NCBI GenBank assembly: GCA_050953085.1
Contig: JBMNLX010000005.1
Location: forward strand, 65,800-129,799
Length of the DNA: 64,000 bases
Source: Bacilli bacterium
GTDB lineage: Bacteria > Bacillota_I > Bacilli_A > ML615J-28 > CAG-698
Direction of reading: 5' to 3'
Under the pieces are notes generated by a model that made no database searches, was not told the origin of the DNA, and saw nothing but the letters and a program-made list of their open reading frames with translations. The position numbers were made by a program, and so were the translations under genes. Each line of letters opens with the position of its first letter. Within the stretch, counting starts at the first letter, position 1. Of this stretch, positions 10,018-20,337 are shown piece after piece.

Positions 10018-12460
10018 ACTTGTATTTTAACGCTTTTTCCACGCGGGCGATTTGAATATCCAAATATCTCAGATAATCGGCCGCTTGGAAATCGTCGGTG
10101 CGGATATCGTATTGAAGCTCGCTCAAGACGGAATAAGTAATCTTCGCGACATTATTGCTTCCGGAAAGCTCGGTCCGAATCGGTTGGAAATATGTCGTGA
10201 TCGCGTTTTTAATTTCCGTCGTCAAACTCTTGTCGTTTTCGTTTTCCAGGTAAGTTTTAATCTTTTCCAGGGTTGGCAATACTTTTTCCTCATCGCCGTC
10301 TTTCCACTTCGGTATCTCGAAAGACTTCGTGTTTACATAAACATGATAACCGCGCGACGTGACGAGGTATTGATACCCGTCTTCGCTGTCTTTGCCATAC
10401 AAATACGGCGTCTCCGAATCGGGGTCCGCTAACCATATGGCGCGAACGACAGCGTCAAACTCGTCCCCGTACAGGCCGTTTTTAAACGTACCCAAGTCCT
10501 GGAACCGAATGACGAGACCCGCCGTCTTGAATTTTGACAATTCAACGCCCTTATAAACATAACTCAACCCTTCGAAAACCGGCTGGTCCTCGGTTGTTTG
10601 CGGGCGGCCGGGTAGGAAACGCGGCGCCTTTTTATAGGCGTCAACAAGGTCTTTCATTTTTTTCTCATAGGAACCCGGTTCTTCTTCCAAATAATCAATT
10701 ATTTGCCCGTATAATTCTTCCGCGAGTTCTCTTTGCTTGTCCGACCATTTTTCCGGATTCAAGGAGGTTTCGGACCGGTCCTGAATAGAAATTAATAACT
10801 GGATCCCGGAGACGTTATAAAACTTGTCGACTTGTTTATTCATTTGGTCCAAGTAGAATTGCCACAATTCGTCGTCTTCGTTGATCTCGCTGACATCGCC
10901 GACGGATGAGGAGTAATCCTTTTTAATATCTTGGAACAAGTAATAGAGCCGCAATTCCTCATCGTTATTTACCGAATAAAAGTCGCGCAAGAAATTTTTC
11001 CAACCGTATTTCTTCGGGTAACCGTGATCGGCATACATATTGTCATTGAAAGATTTTTTCTCGTCGGCGACATCGTCGACTATTACCGACCATTTTTCTT
11101 CGTCCAACGCCTTCTTGGCATTGACGTCATAGATCTTATTAAGATTTTTGTTATAAATGTAGCGCAGGTATTCCAATTCGGACGCGGCGACGCTTATGCC
11201 GTAATTATAATTCATCCGGGCGAACAAATCGTCAGCCGAGATTTCGTATCCGTCAAGTTCCGCGACCAGTTTGCCGTGGCCCTTTTTGGCTTGTTTGTAA
11301 TCGATAAAAGACTTTACCTGCGCCTCATATTTGGCGTCAAGTTCCCTGTCATAGATGATAAAACCTTTTTCCATGCGCAGCTCGGCAAATGTCGAGGAAA
11401 CATAAGTGTTGGTCAATTCCGACTCTATTAATTTTTCTTTTATCTCAGCTTTTACCTCTTCCAATTCCGGCTGTTCTTCGCCGATCTTTAAAACGAAGAC
11501 ATGACGGCTTCCGCTCTTATAGGCCAACGCCTGTTTGGTATACCAGAAATCGCCCTCCGGGTATGAGGACATCTGTTTGTCCATCATATCGCGAATTTCA
11601 ATCTGGTAAGCGGTAATTTCTTTATGGGTATAATGAAGAATATCGATTTTGTCGAGATCAAATACAATCTGCCCGTCAACAAGGTTATACTCGATTCCTT
11701 GCCTTAACGTCAATGTCTGGTTCGGGTATTCCTCGACAAAACGGGAATTGTTCATGTTATATAAATCAATGAACGCTTTTACGATTTCTTGTTCCGTTAG
11801 CGGCGTCGAATCGCTTATCCGACTCCATTCGCCCGCCTGGGAGATTTTAATGTCATGTTGTTTTAAAGCGTCTTGATATTGTTTTATTGATTCAAAATCG
11901 ATGATAATCGCGTAATAGTTCTTTTGATAATTATTCTTATAATATGTTTCGTAATCGTTTTCGGAAAAGTCTTCCTCTTCGTATTTCGCTTCTAATTTTT
12001 CCCGGGAGTATTTTTCCTTTGCGGCGATTAACCGGTAATAATCCAAAACATCCTGCTCGGATACGAGCCCGTAATTGATAAAAAGATCCTCCAAATATTC
12101 GGTCCTTTTGTCCGCGATCTCATCCTCGGTCAAATCGTCAGTGCCATCGGGGAAAATATCGTTCATTAGTTTTTCCTCGGCGACAGACTCGGTTATCGAG
12201 TCCCAATAACTGACTCCGTCTTTTTTCATGTTTTTCATTAAATACTCGTCGGCCAAATCAAGCAATATATTAATCCCGACTTGTTTTTTTAGTTTATCAT
12301 ACATCCGCTGGTTATATACCATGTAAGTAAATTCCCCGTCGACGGCTTCCAAATATACGGCATCGGGATCGGAGATGGTCGGCATCTTTCTTCCGCCGGC
12401 ACAACCGGATATAACAAATAAACTAATGAAAATCAACATTGACAACAGTATTTTCTTCAT
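10016..12460 (-). CDS. Large lipoprotein (814 aa) with a PrsA/SurA-N-like chaperone-type N-terminal region; paralog of 13372..16062
   Basis: The signal peptide plus lipobox is 'LFVISGC'. The segment 'TYMVYNQRMYDKLKKQVGINILLDLADEYLMKNM' resembles the PrsA N-domain. It shares long collinear blocks with the 896-aa neighbor ('IFPDG..L.E.EI..', 'ETYYK.NY.K.Y', 'PKW...'). I place no known catalytic domain. Confidence 0.5.
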   Translation of the reverse strand: MKKILLSMLIFISLFVISGCAGGRKMPTISDPDAVYLEAVDGEFTYMVYNQRMYDKLKKQVGINILLDLADEYLMKNMKKDGVSYWDSITESVAEEKLMNDIFPDGTDDLTEDEIADKRTEYLEDLFINYGLVSEQDVLDYYRLIAAKEKYSREKLEAKYEEEDFSENDYETYYKNNYQKNYYAIIIDFESIKQYQDALKQHDIKISQAGEWSRISDSTPLTEQEIVKAFIDLYNMNNSRFVEEYPNQTLTLRQGIEYNLVDGQIVFDLDKIDILHYTHKEITAYQIEIRDMMDKQMSSYPEGDFWYTKQALAYKSGSRHVFVLKIGEEQPELEEVKAEIKEKLIESELTNTYVSSTFAELRMEKGFIIYDRELDAKYEAQVKSFIDYKQAKKGHGKLVAELDGYEISADDLFARMNYNYGISVAASELEYLRYIYNKNLNKIYDVNAKKALDEEKWSVIVDDVADEKKSFNDNMYADHGYPKKYGWKNFLRDFYSVNNDEELRLYYLFQDIKKDYSSSVGDVSEINEDDELWQFYLDQMNKQVDKFYNVSGIQLLISIQDRSETSLNPEKWSDKQRELAEELYGQIIDYLEEEPGSYEKKMKDLVDAYKKAPRFLPGRPQTTEDQPVFEGLSYVYKGVELSKFKTAGLVIRFQDLGTFKNGLYGDEFDAVVRAIWLADPDSETPYLYGKDSEDGYQYLVTSRGYHVYVNTKSFEIPKWKDGDEEKVLPTLEKIKTYLENENDKSLTTEIKNAITTYFQPIRTELSGSNNVAKITYSVLSELQYDIRTDDFQAADYLRYLDIQIARVEKALKYK

Positions 12461-12486
12461 TTGTCTTAACTCCTTTAATCATGATT

Positions 12487-13263
12487 TTATATCTGATATA
12501 GTTTCAACGCCCGGAATTGTTCGGCTAAAGCAATCTCGCCGCCATATACTTTTTTAATCTCCGGAATTATTTGCGTTTCTAGAATTTCCGCGCTGTTGCA
12601 TTCAAGACTGATATGAGCTAATATCACTATTTTATGCCTGTCGTTAAGAACGGCTTGTAAAATTTGTTGGCATATCTGATTGGACATATGGCCGTTCGGC
12701 GACAAAATTCTTTCTTTCAGGACCCAAGGCCTATCGCTTTCAAGAAGCATTTCAATATCATGATTGCATTCGAAAATCAACGCGTCCACGTTCTTTATAA
12801 GTTCGATATATTTTAGCGGGAAAAAACCGGTGTCGGTAACATAAGCTAGTCTTTTCCCCTCGCTTATAAACACATAACCAAAATTATTCGCGCTGTCATG
12901 CGAGAGTTGAAGCGTCAACACATCCAAATCACCGATCTTGTAACGCGTGTCGGCTTCTAAAAATTTCACCTTTACCCGCGGCAGGCTTCCCCTGACCCGA
13001 TAATCCAAGTGTTCGAACGACCGCTTGTTGATATAAAGATCGGCTTTTGTTCTCTTCAATACCGTCGGCAGGAAGCTGACGTGATCATAATGCTCATGCG
13101 TAATAATGACCGCGGATATTTCCGATAAGTTAATATTTTGTTCTTCGACCCTTTTTTGCGCGGATGGAAAGGAGATGCCGGCGTCAAGCAACACTTTTGT
13201 TTTATTTGTCTCGATATAAGTCATGTTTCCCCTTGAGCCGCTTCCGATAACACAAAACTTCAT
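12487..13263 (-). CDS. MBL-fold metallo-hydrolase (YycJ/WalJ-like)
   Basis: The metal-binding motif 'ITHEHYDHVS' is present. The N-terminus 'MKFCVIGSGSRGN...YIET' matches the YycJ family. Confidence 0.8.
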   Translation of the reverse strand: MKFCVIGSGSRGNMTYIETNKTKVLLDAGISFPSAQKRVEEQNINLSEISAVIITHEHYDHVSFLPTVLKRTKADLYINKRSFEHLDYRVRGSLPRVKVKFLEADTRYKIGDLDVLTLQLSHDSANNFGYVFISEGKRLAYVTDTGFFPLKYIELIKNVDALIFECNHDIEMLLESDRPWVLKERILSPNGHMSNQICQQILQAVLNDRHKIVILAHISLECNSAEILETQIIPEIKKVYGGEIALAEQFRALKLYQI

Positions 13264-13371
13264 ACTGCCTCGAAAAATTCTCCTTTCACTATTATATAAA
13301 TTTTACCGGTGTTTTTCAAGTAATTTTAATAATTCCATGAGAAGAAAAACCTTGAGTTTCCCCAAGGTTTT

Positions 13372-16062
13372 CTACTTCTCATTAGTGCCGAAGTATTTCA
13401 ATTTGGAGTCGACGCTTTTTATTCTAAACTCCAGAAACTTCACAAACTCTTCTTTGGTATAGTGCGTATTAACCAAGTTAATGCCGGAATCCTCCGCTTT
13501 CATTTGTTCGTAAAGCGTGCGCGACGTGTTGTCGTTACCGGTGAGTTCGGTTTTCAGGGGATTGAAGTAAGAAGTTATCGCGTTTTTCATTTCGGCGGTA
13601 AATTCAATTTCGGTCTCATCGCCGTTCTCATCCAAGAGATATTTGCTGCTGCTGTCTTCCAAATACGTTTTTATCATCTGCAGCGTCGGGATAACATACC
13701 CGTTTTCTTCGTCCCATTTCGGGATGTCGATGGTGCTGGTGTTAACGTAGCAATGATAGCCGAACTCGGTAACTAAATAAGTCCATTCCCCCTCTTCGTT
13801 GGGCGCGGAGCCGTAAGGTATGTGGGTCTGAGAAGAGGGATTGGCTTCCCAAATCGACCGGACGGCGTCTTCAAACGGCTTTACCATCTTGCCATTGGTG
13901 AACTCGCCCAAACTTTCGAATTTTACGGACAAGCCGGCGGTTTTATATTTCGCTACCTCGATTGTATCTTTAAAAATATATTCCAATTCATCAACCGGGG
14001 GTTGTTCCTCGACTGTTTGTTCGAGTTTAGCCAAAAATCTTAACGAGTTCTTGAAGGCGTCGGCTATTTGTTCGAATTTTTCCTGCGAGGTGCCGGTTTG
14101 CTCGATATAGTATGCCCAAACCTGCTGGTATAACTCCTTGGCGTATTCCTTTTGCAAATCGGTCCATTCGTCGGGATGAACGGGATTCCCGTCCTCGTCC
14201 TCCACTTTTATCAGCAAGTGGATGCCGGTAACCTTGAAGTAATCGTCGGCCATCTCCTGCATTTTGGCCTCGATGCTTTGCCACAAATCCGACTCCTCGG
14301 TCAATTCGCTGACATCACCAAGCGAGTTCGAATAGTCCGTCATGATTTGCGTGTAAAGGAAGTGATACAGCAGTTCCTCGTCGTTATTCACTCCGTACAA
14401 ATCGCGAATAAAGTTTTTCCAGCCATACTGCGGCCCGTAGCCGTATTGAGCGTAAGCGCCGCTAATAAACATTTGTTTTTCGCGGATTGCCCTTTCCTTA
14501 ACCGATTTCCACTTTTCGGGATTAAGAATTCTTTCCGACATTTTAGCGTCGGTTAAGTAATAATCGAAAATTTTATTGAATTCCAAATTATTGAGCAAGC
14601 GCAAATTATTAATCTCGCTGATGGCGAATGTAATCCCGTACCTTTCGTCCATTAATTCAAATAATTTATCGGCGGAATACTCGACGTCCCCGACTTTGGC
14701 GACTTGGCTTTCGCTCTTAGCCTTTGTCTTCTTCATATCTTCATCGTATGATTTCGCCAGGTTGATGTACGCTTGTTCAAGATTGGGATCATAGATTGTC
14801 AGACCTTTGCGAGCGCGCAATTTAATCATTTCCTGGGCGATATACTTGTCGGTTAATTCTTCCTCGAACAACGCCTCGTAAATCTCGTCGCGAACGTCTT
14901 CCAATTTCGGCGCCGCCTCTTCAGCGATTTTTAAAACAAACACGTGCAAGGTATTGTTGTTATAAGAGCGCGGGTTAAGAGTAAACCAATTCGGTTTTTT
15001 TCCCACGGTTTCGGTTTCCGGGTCGTATGCTTTCATCGTCGTGCTCAGGTATCTTTGCAATTCGGCCTGGAAAGAACTAATTTCATCGTACGAATAATAC
15101 AATTCGTTTACGGACTCGTCTTCTTCCGATTTCGTGGTGTTGAACCTAATTGTAATATTGCCTTCTTCTTCCGTAACCGAGTAATGCTTGTCCTCGATTA
15201 AAGTCAGGCGGTTATCGGGATAACCCTCGACCTTGTGCGAATGAACGGTATTATACATGTCAATAAAAGCCATGATTATCTCGGACGGTGTGAGCGGGAT
15301 TTTCTCCCCGTCTACTGTTTTCACCCATTTATCGAAATCGTCGGAATCATCGGGGTCTTTAGCCTGGATTTCATAACCTAATTGCTTTAATGAGTTGATG
15401 GCTTCATCTTTTGTGGAAAAGGGTACGATAATCGTCCAGAAACCGTATTTCTTTTCATAATTTGCTTTATAATATGTTTCGTATTCGTCCTCGGTGAAAT
15501 AAGGCTTAAGCTCGTCGTCCTTTTCAGCGGCTTCGTCGGCGGCTCGAATCGCCTCTTCCAGACGCTTCGACGCGAACTTCTTTTTCGCCAAAGTCAGACG
15601 ATGATAATCCGCTACCGCTTCCTTGCTTCGCAGCCCGTAGCTTGTATACATATTCTCATAATATTGGGTCTCGGCTTCCTCAATCTCCTCTTCCGACAAA
15701 TTTTCTTTGCCGTCAGGGAAAATCTCTTTTTCCAAAACCTCGTTAATCTCATCGTCGGTTACTAAAGCCCAATAGTTTTCATCCCCATGAACGCCCTGTA
15801 AAATATCCTTATCGATCGCGTCGATTAAAATGCTTAATCCGCTTGCTTTTTTCAGTTTTTCATAAATTTCTTTATTGGTAACTTGATAATTCCGCCCAGC
15901 CTCGCTGATAGTCAAATAAATGTCGTCCCCGTTTTCGATTGTCGGTATCGGTTTATCCTTAGAAAAAACCGTGCACGACACGGCAATAATTATAACGACT
16001 ATGATTGTGATTAATATCGGCAAGGTTCTCTTGACTGCGGTTGTGCTATCCATATTTTTCAC
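13372..16062 (-). CDS. Large secreted/lipoprotein (896 aa), paralog of 10016..12460
   Basis: It has an N-terminal TM/signal segment with a possible lipobox 'IAVSC'. Its domain order matches the 814-aa paralog, including the PrsA-N-like segment 'QVTNKEIYEKLKKASGLSILIDAIDKDIL'. Confidence 0.5.
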   Translation of the reverse strand: MKNMDSTTAVKRTLPILITIIVVIIIAVSCTVFSKDKPIPTIENGDDIYLTISEAGRNYQVTNKEIYEKLKKASGLSILIDAIDKDILQGVHGDENYWALVTDDEINEVLEKEIFPDGKENLSEEEIEEAETQYYENMYTSYGLRSKEAVADYHRLTLAKKKFASKRLEEAIRAADEAAEKDDELKPYFTEDEYETYYKANYEKKYGFWTIIVPFSTKDEAINSLKQLGYEIQAKDPDDSDDFDKWVKTVDGEKIPLTPSEIIMAFIDMYNTVHSHKVEGYPDNRLTLIEDKHYSVTEEEGNITIRFNTTKSEEDESVNELYYSYDEISSFQAELQRYLSTTMKAYDPETETVGKKPNWFTLNPRSYNNNTLHVFVLKIAEEAAPKLEDVRDEIYEALFEEELTDKYIAQEMIKLRARKGLTIYDPNLEQAYINLAKSYDEDMKKTKAKSESQVAKVGDVEYSADKLFELMDERYGITFAISEINNLRLLNNLEFNKIFDYYLTDAKMSERILNPEKWKSVKERAIREKQMFISGAYAQYGYGPQYGWKNFIRDLYGVNNDEELLYHFLYTQIMTDYSNSLGDVSELTEESDLWQSIEAKMQEMADDYFKVTGIHLLIKVEDEDGNPVHPDEWTDLQKEYAKELYQQVWAYYIEQTGTSQEKFEQIADAFKNSLRFLAKLEQTVEEQPPVDELEYIFKDTIEVAKYKTAGLSVKFESLGEFTNGKMVKPFEDAVRSIWEANPSSQTHIPYGSAPNEEGEWTYLVTEFGYHCYVNTSTIDIPKWDEENGYVIPTLQMIKTYLEDSSSKYLLDENGDETEIEFTAEMKNAITSYFNPLKTELTGNDNTSRTLYEQMKAEDSGINLVNTHYTKEEFVKFLEFRIKSVDSKLKYFGTNEK

Positions 16063-16280
16063 TCCTTATCCAGAAATTGTCTCAAAAGACATATTTAGCC
16101 AGAAAATATTATCCTAAAAATGCAACATATATATTTTACTACTTTTTGTTTAATTTGTAAATGGTTTTTTGCTTCTAGTTGCCCGCATTCATGACAAAAA
16201 ACAGTAAATAGACATCGTCGGTAATATTCCTATTTTATGTCTATTGCGGTCAGATATACATGTTGTTATGAAAAGGCGGC

Positions 16281-17654
16281 TTATTCATCCGCCTGCGTGA
16301 TATATAATTCGACCGCCCTAATCCGGCGGTTTTCAACCTTTTTGACGGTAAATTCTAAAGTGTATTTAACCGTTTGTTTCTCATCGTCGCCTAACCGCTC
16401 GGCGAAAGAATCATAACGGACAACCTGGCCCTCGGCCGGCAAGCCCTCGCAAAGACTGTAAACGAACCCCCCGACGCTCGCGTATTTGGTTTCCGGCGCG
16501 TCGCCGAGGTCTAACGCGGAAAAGAGTTCTTCGATTTCCATGTCGACGGAAACCGCGTAACGGTTTTCGGAAATCTCCGTTATGCCGACTTCTTCCTCTT
16601 CGTCGTATTCATCGTATATTTCCCCGACCAACTCCTCCAACGCGTCTTCCATGGTAACAATCCCGCTTGTCCCGCCGTATTCGTCGGATACAACGGCGAA
16701 ATGCTTTTTCAGCAGCTGCATTTCTTTGATAAGATCGTTAACCTTCGTTGATTCCGACACGAAAAACGGTTTTGTCATTAATTTTTTAATATTAATTTCT
16801 TTCCCGCGCAGCAGGGCGGTAAAAAAATCCCTCTCGCTTAAAATCCCGACAATATTATCTTTATCATCCTTATAGACGGGAATCCGGGAAAACTGGTTTT
16901 CAAAGAAAATGTTTTTTATCGCTTCGATGGAATCATTGATATTGACGGCCACCACGTCAACGCGGGGCGTCATAATATCGTAAACCGTCGTCTCGTTCAA
17001 ACTAATCGCGCTTTGTAATAGGTCGGCGTCATCCTCGTCAATCACGCCCTCGGTCTCCATTACGTCGATTATAGTTTCCAAATCCTCTTCCGTTACTTTT
17101 GGTTGCTCCTCACGAGTTTCCGCGCGCCGATTGATTAATCTTTTCATTTTTACAAAAACATATGTTAACGGCCAAATTATTTTATAAACAAAATACATGA
17201 TAAAAGATGCGCGCAAGGCCATCTTTTCGGCGTTTTCCTTCGTGTATTGTTTAGGCAAAGTCTCGACAAATATAAGAATTAAAAATGATATCGCGACGAT
17301 ACCGACAATAAACGCGACCGGAAGGTTTTCGATTATGGACATAAAGAAAAAGAGCGAAAGCGCCGTCAAGCAAATGTTAGTAATCGTATGAGCGATTAAA
17401 ATGGAAGTCAGGGTAGAATCATACTTTTCAGCCAAGTACACGCTTTTTTTGGCGCCGCGCCTTTTTTCTTCCTTAAAATTTCTAAGCCTTATAATATTCG
17501 CGCTGGAATAAGCCGTTTCGGCAACGGAAAAAAAGACGGAAAAAAAGAATAAAATAATAAACAATGCTATTAAAAGAATGTCAGGAAGCAAATTTGACGC
17601 AAATAAATATAATGTTAGTCCGGCCTTAAGCGGAACCAATAAAAACCACCTCAT
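16281..17654 (-). CDS. CNNM/HlyC/CorC-family membrane protein (DUF21 TM domain, 2 CBS domains, CorC_HlyC domain)
   Basis: The N-terminal half has multiple TM helices. A CBS pair reads 'VYDIMTPRVDVVAV...IPVYKDDKDNIVGILSERDF' and 'FAVVSDEYGGTSGIVTMEDALEELVGEI'. The C-terminal transporter-associated domain follows. Confidence 0.8.
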   Translation of the reverse strand: MRWFLLVPLKAGLTLYLFASNLLPDILLIALFIILFFFSVFFSVAETAYSSANIIRLRNFKEEKRRGAKKSVYLAEKYDSTLTSILIAHTITNICLTALSLFFFMSIIENLPVAFIVGIVAISFLILIFVETLPKQYTKENAEKMALRASFIMYFVYKIIWPLTYVFVKMKRLINRRAETREEQPKVTEEDLETIIDVMETEGVIDEDDADLLQSAISLNETTVYDIMTPRVDVVAVNINDSIEAIKNIFFENQFSRIPVYKDDKDNIVGILSERDFFTALLRGKEINIKKLMTKPFFVSESTKVNDLIKEMQLLKKHFAVVSDEYGGTSGIVTMEDALEELVGEIYDEYDEEEEVGITEISENRYAVSVDMEIEELFSALDLGDAPETKYASVGGFVYSLCEGLPAEGQVVRYDSFAERLGDDEKQTVKYTLEFTVKKVENRRIRAVELYITQADE

Positions 17655-17671
17655 AATCTAAAAATATAAAT

Positions 17672-18616
17672 TTATAAATCGGGCTTATAAAAACTTTTCC
17701 GGTCAAGAGCGGATATAAAGTTTGTGTATTCGCCCTTCTCGGTATTATCCATTTCTTTTTCCAGGGCCGCCATGCGGGAATCGGCAAAGTCAAGCATGAA
17801 TACCAATAGCGCCTCAGCGGTTGCCGGCTCCTTCGGAGAACCGTACTCCAATAAACCGTGATGGGCGAGAACAATATGTTGTAGCATCAGGATCTCCTCG
17901 CTTTCCTCGCAGCCAAGGGCCGATGCGACGGAATTAATAATATTCGAAGCGATCGGGATATGGCCGAGAAACTGGCCTTTTCTCGTGTATTCCATGCTCT
18001 TGGCGTCGCTCAACTCAATCAGTTTGCCAATATCGTGAAGAATAATGCCGCCGTAGACCAAATCCTTATTCAGAAATTGATAGTGTGCGAGATATGCGTC
18101 GCTTAACCGCAACATCGAATATGTATGATAAGCGAGCCCGGAAATGTAATTATGATGCATCATGACGGCGGCCGGGTGGATATAAAACCTATCCGCGTAT
18201 TTGGCGATCACCGCCTTAACCGTATCTTTAATTATCGGATTATCGATTTTCTCGATATATGCTTCAATCGCGACCCTTAACTCGTCTTCCGTCATTTTAG
18301 CCGTCTCGTAATATATGCTCCTGTCTACTTCGCCGTCCCCGACCAAACGGAGTTCCTTGACGTTAAACTGCATTTTCCCCTGATAGTCTTTCATCACGCC
18401 GCTTAACTCATAAATCTCCCCGTTTTTTAATTGCGATTTAATCTCGTCGGTCAAAGCCCATATTTTCACGTCGATTAAATCATCGCCGTCAAAACCGATC
18501 AGACTCGCGTATTCGGCGTTAGCCGGCGTTTTTCTTATCTGGCAATCGGTAAGCCGTAATACGAGAGTCGCTTTGTCCGACGGTTGATAATTTCTAATTT
18601 TCATTTTCTTCCTCAT
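17672..18616 (-). CDS. yhaM: 3'-5' exoribonuclease YhaM (OB-fold plus HD domain)
   Basis: The N-terminal OB-fold reads 'ATLVLRLTDCQIRKT'. The HD domain carries 'HHNYISGLAYHT' and 'ILHDIGK'. Confidence 0.8.
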   Translation of the reverse strand: MRKKMKIRNYQPSDKATLVLRLTDCQIRKTPANAEYASLIGFDGDDLIDVKIWALTDEIKSQLKNGEIYELSGVMKDYQGKMQFNVKELRLVGDGEVDRSIYYETAKMTEDELRVAIEAYIEKIDNPIIKDTVKAVIAKYADRFYIHPAAVMMHHNYISGLAYHTYSMLRLSDAYLAHYQFLNKDLVYGGIILHDIGKLIELSDAKSMEYTRKGQFLGHIPIASNIINSVASALGCEESEEILMLQHIVLAHHGLLEYGSPKEPATAEALLVFMLDFADSRMAALEKEMDNTEKGEYTNFISALDRKSFYKPDL

Positions 18617-20213
18617 TTCTGTTTTTCTTCAAAATATTATATTTCGGGTCGACGCTGGTAATTATATTCCGATACATCTCGTTCAATTCGCGCGAGATCA
18701 TGACTTTCTCCGATCCCTTTTCAATATATTTCATATCGGTTAATAATTCGATATTTTGCCCGACCAAGTTTTTGATGTCGCTTTCCAATTTGTTTTCTAA
18801 AGTTATTCTTTCCAATTCGCGGATTTTCTTGTCTTTTTCTTGCAACATGCGCTCATGCTCGTACAGTTTTCTTTCCATTTCCCTTAGCTTATTTGCCGGG
18901 GCGAACGGAATTTCCTCGTCGGTTGGAACGAACTCCTCTTCGATCTCCATGCTTTCGCCGCTATATTCGGGATCTTCCTCTATGTATTCGTCCTGGTAAA
19001 AGTCTTCCCGGTCGACCGCTTCATCGTCGATTTTCGGCAAAATCCCCGCATCGCGGAGAAACACGAGGGAGTAATCGCGCAACTCTTCGTATTCATTGGG
19101 CAGGGTATTGTTGATAACCTGATGGGCCAAGTCATCAACAAGTTGCTGGACGTAATCGCCTTCCCGGTTGCCCGTTAACTGCAGGATATCAGCCGCCGCG
19201 AGCGCCAGTTCCCGAACGTCTTTGATCGGAAGGTTATTATATTCCTTGGTAATCTTGCGCGTTCTTTTGCGGGCTTTTTTCAACATGCAATTAATATGAT
19301 TGGCTTTTTTGCATATTTCCAAACCGTAATCGAAGAGTTGGTTCTTGGTGTATTTTCCCTTCGGCACCGAAAGCGCCAATTCCACGAGCAAACGCAGTTG
19401 TTCCTTATCCGCGGCCAGGTCCTCCCACTCATGCAAATATCTGCCGTTGCGGACAAAAACAAGCGCCAAAAACGTGTCCGGTTCCATCGGCCGGTAACGC
19501 TCGCTCAATATTCGCAAATCCTTCGCAAAGAAAGGAATCCTTTTGTATATCTTGGTCGCGTATAAATAACCCAAAGCTTTTTTAAAGTGTTTCCCGTGCA
19601 GTATTCTCCTGAACTCTTTGACTAGCGCGGGAATCTCAAGTTTTAAAAGCAGGCGCGATTTGGCGCGCATCGCCTTGAACGTCCTTTTCTCGATTCTAAA
19701 TCCCAACTCGCTAACCATCCGGATAGCGACAAGCAAGCGGAGCGGGTCCTCGGAAAACCGGATTCTCGGCGAGCCGATAGACCGGACGACGCGCCTTTGA
19801 ATATCTTCAAAACCTTTGTAAGCATCGGTAAGTTTACCCCCGAAAGTCATGGCGATGGCGTTGGCGGTAAAATCGCGGTTCGCCAGTTCCTCATGAAAAC
19901 TGCGGGAATAATGCATCCGTTTCGGTTGACGTTTGTCCTTAAATTGTGCGGCGCGGAAAGTGCTGACGGTAAATTCGTAACCCGAATAATACAGTCGCAC
20001 CGCGCCCGGGCTTTCATCCTCTACTTTCGTAAACGAGAAGATGCCCTTGATCACGTCTGGCGTGGCGTTCGTCGTTATATCTACTTCGGAAAAAGGAATC
20101 TGTAATATCGTTTTACAAACGGCATCGCCGATGATGTACGCTTCGCAACCGTTATTGATCAAATTACGCAATATTTCTTTCCCTTTTTCGAGATGGTTTT
20201 CGTAGCCGTTCAC
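18594..20213 (-). CDS. Class II nucleotidyltransferase of the Cca (tRNA CCA-adding / poly(A) polymerase) family, with a divergent head motif and a ~150-aa acidic/coiled-coil C-terminal extension
   Basis: The segment 'YIIGDAVCKTIL...SEVDITTNATPD...RDFTANAIA...EDPLRLLVAIRMVSELGF' aligns with Bacillus Cca, but the GGAVRD motif is replaced by GDAVCK. The C-terminal tail reads 'EEDPEYSGESMEIEEEFVPTDEE...KLREMERKLYEHERMLQEKDKKIRELERITLENKLE'. Confidence 0.7.
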   Translation of the reverse strand: MNGYENHLEKGKEILRNLINNGCEAYIIGDAVCKTILQIPFSEVDITTNATPDVIKGIFSFTKVEDESPGAVRLYYSGYEFTVSTFRAAQFKDKRQPKRMHYSRSFHEELANRDFTANAIAMTFGGKLTDAYKGFEDIQRRVVRSIGSPRIRFSEDPLRLLVAIRMVSELGFRIEKRTFKAMRAKSRLLLKLEIPALVKEFRRILHGKHFKKALGYLYATKIYKRIPFFAKDLRILSERYRPMEPDTFLALVFVRNGRYLHEWEDLAADKEQLRLLVELALSVPKGKYTKNQLFDYGLEICKKANHINCMLKKARKRTRKITKEYNNLPIKDVRELALAAADILQLTGNREGDYVQQLVDDLAHQVINNTLPNEYEELRDYSLVFLRDAGILPKIDDEAVDREDFYQDEYIEEDPEYSGESMEIEEEFVPTDEEIPFAPANKLREMERKLYEHERMLQEKDKKIRELERITLENKLESDIKNLVGQNIELLTDMKYIEKGSEKVMISRELNEMYRNIITSVDPKYNILKKNRNEEENEN

Positions 20214-20337
20214 CGATTACAACTCCTTTCCGAATTATTCGCCGACAAATATAGATTTGTTTGCAAATATAATTATACCCTAAAACGCGCGGAATTTCTA
20301 TATTATTGTCAATATTTTTACATGTTTTAATTTTTTC

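Noticed and set aside
14027-14284. Arg-rich 85-aa minus-strand ORF, and similar Arg/Pro-rich ORFs such as 24824..25063 and 25079..25336
   Set aside because: They are out-of-frame overlaps within well-supported genes. Their composition is typical of spurious ORFs in GC-richer codon third positions.
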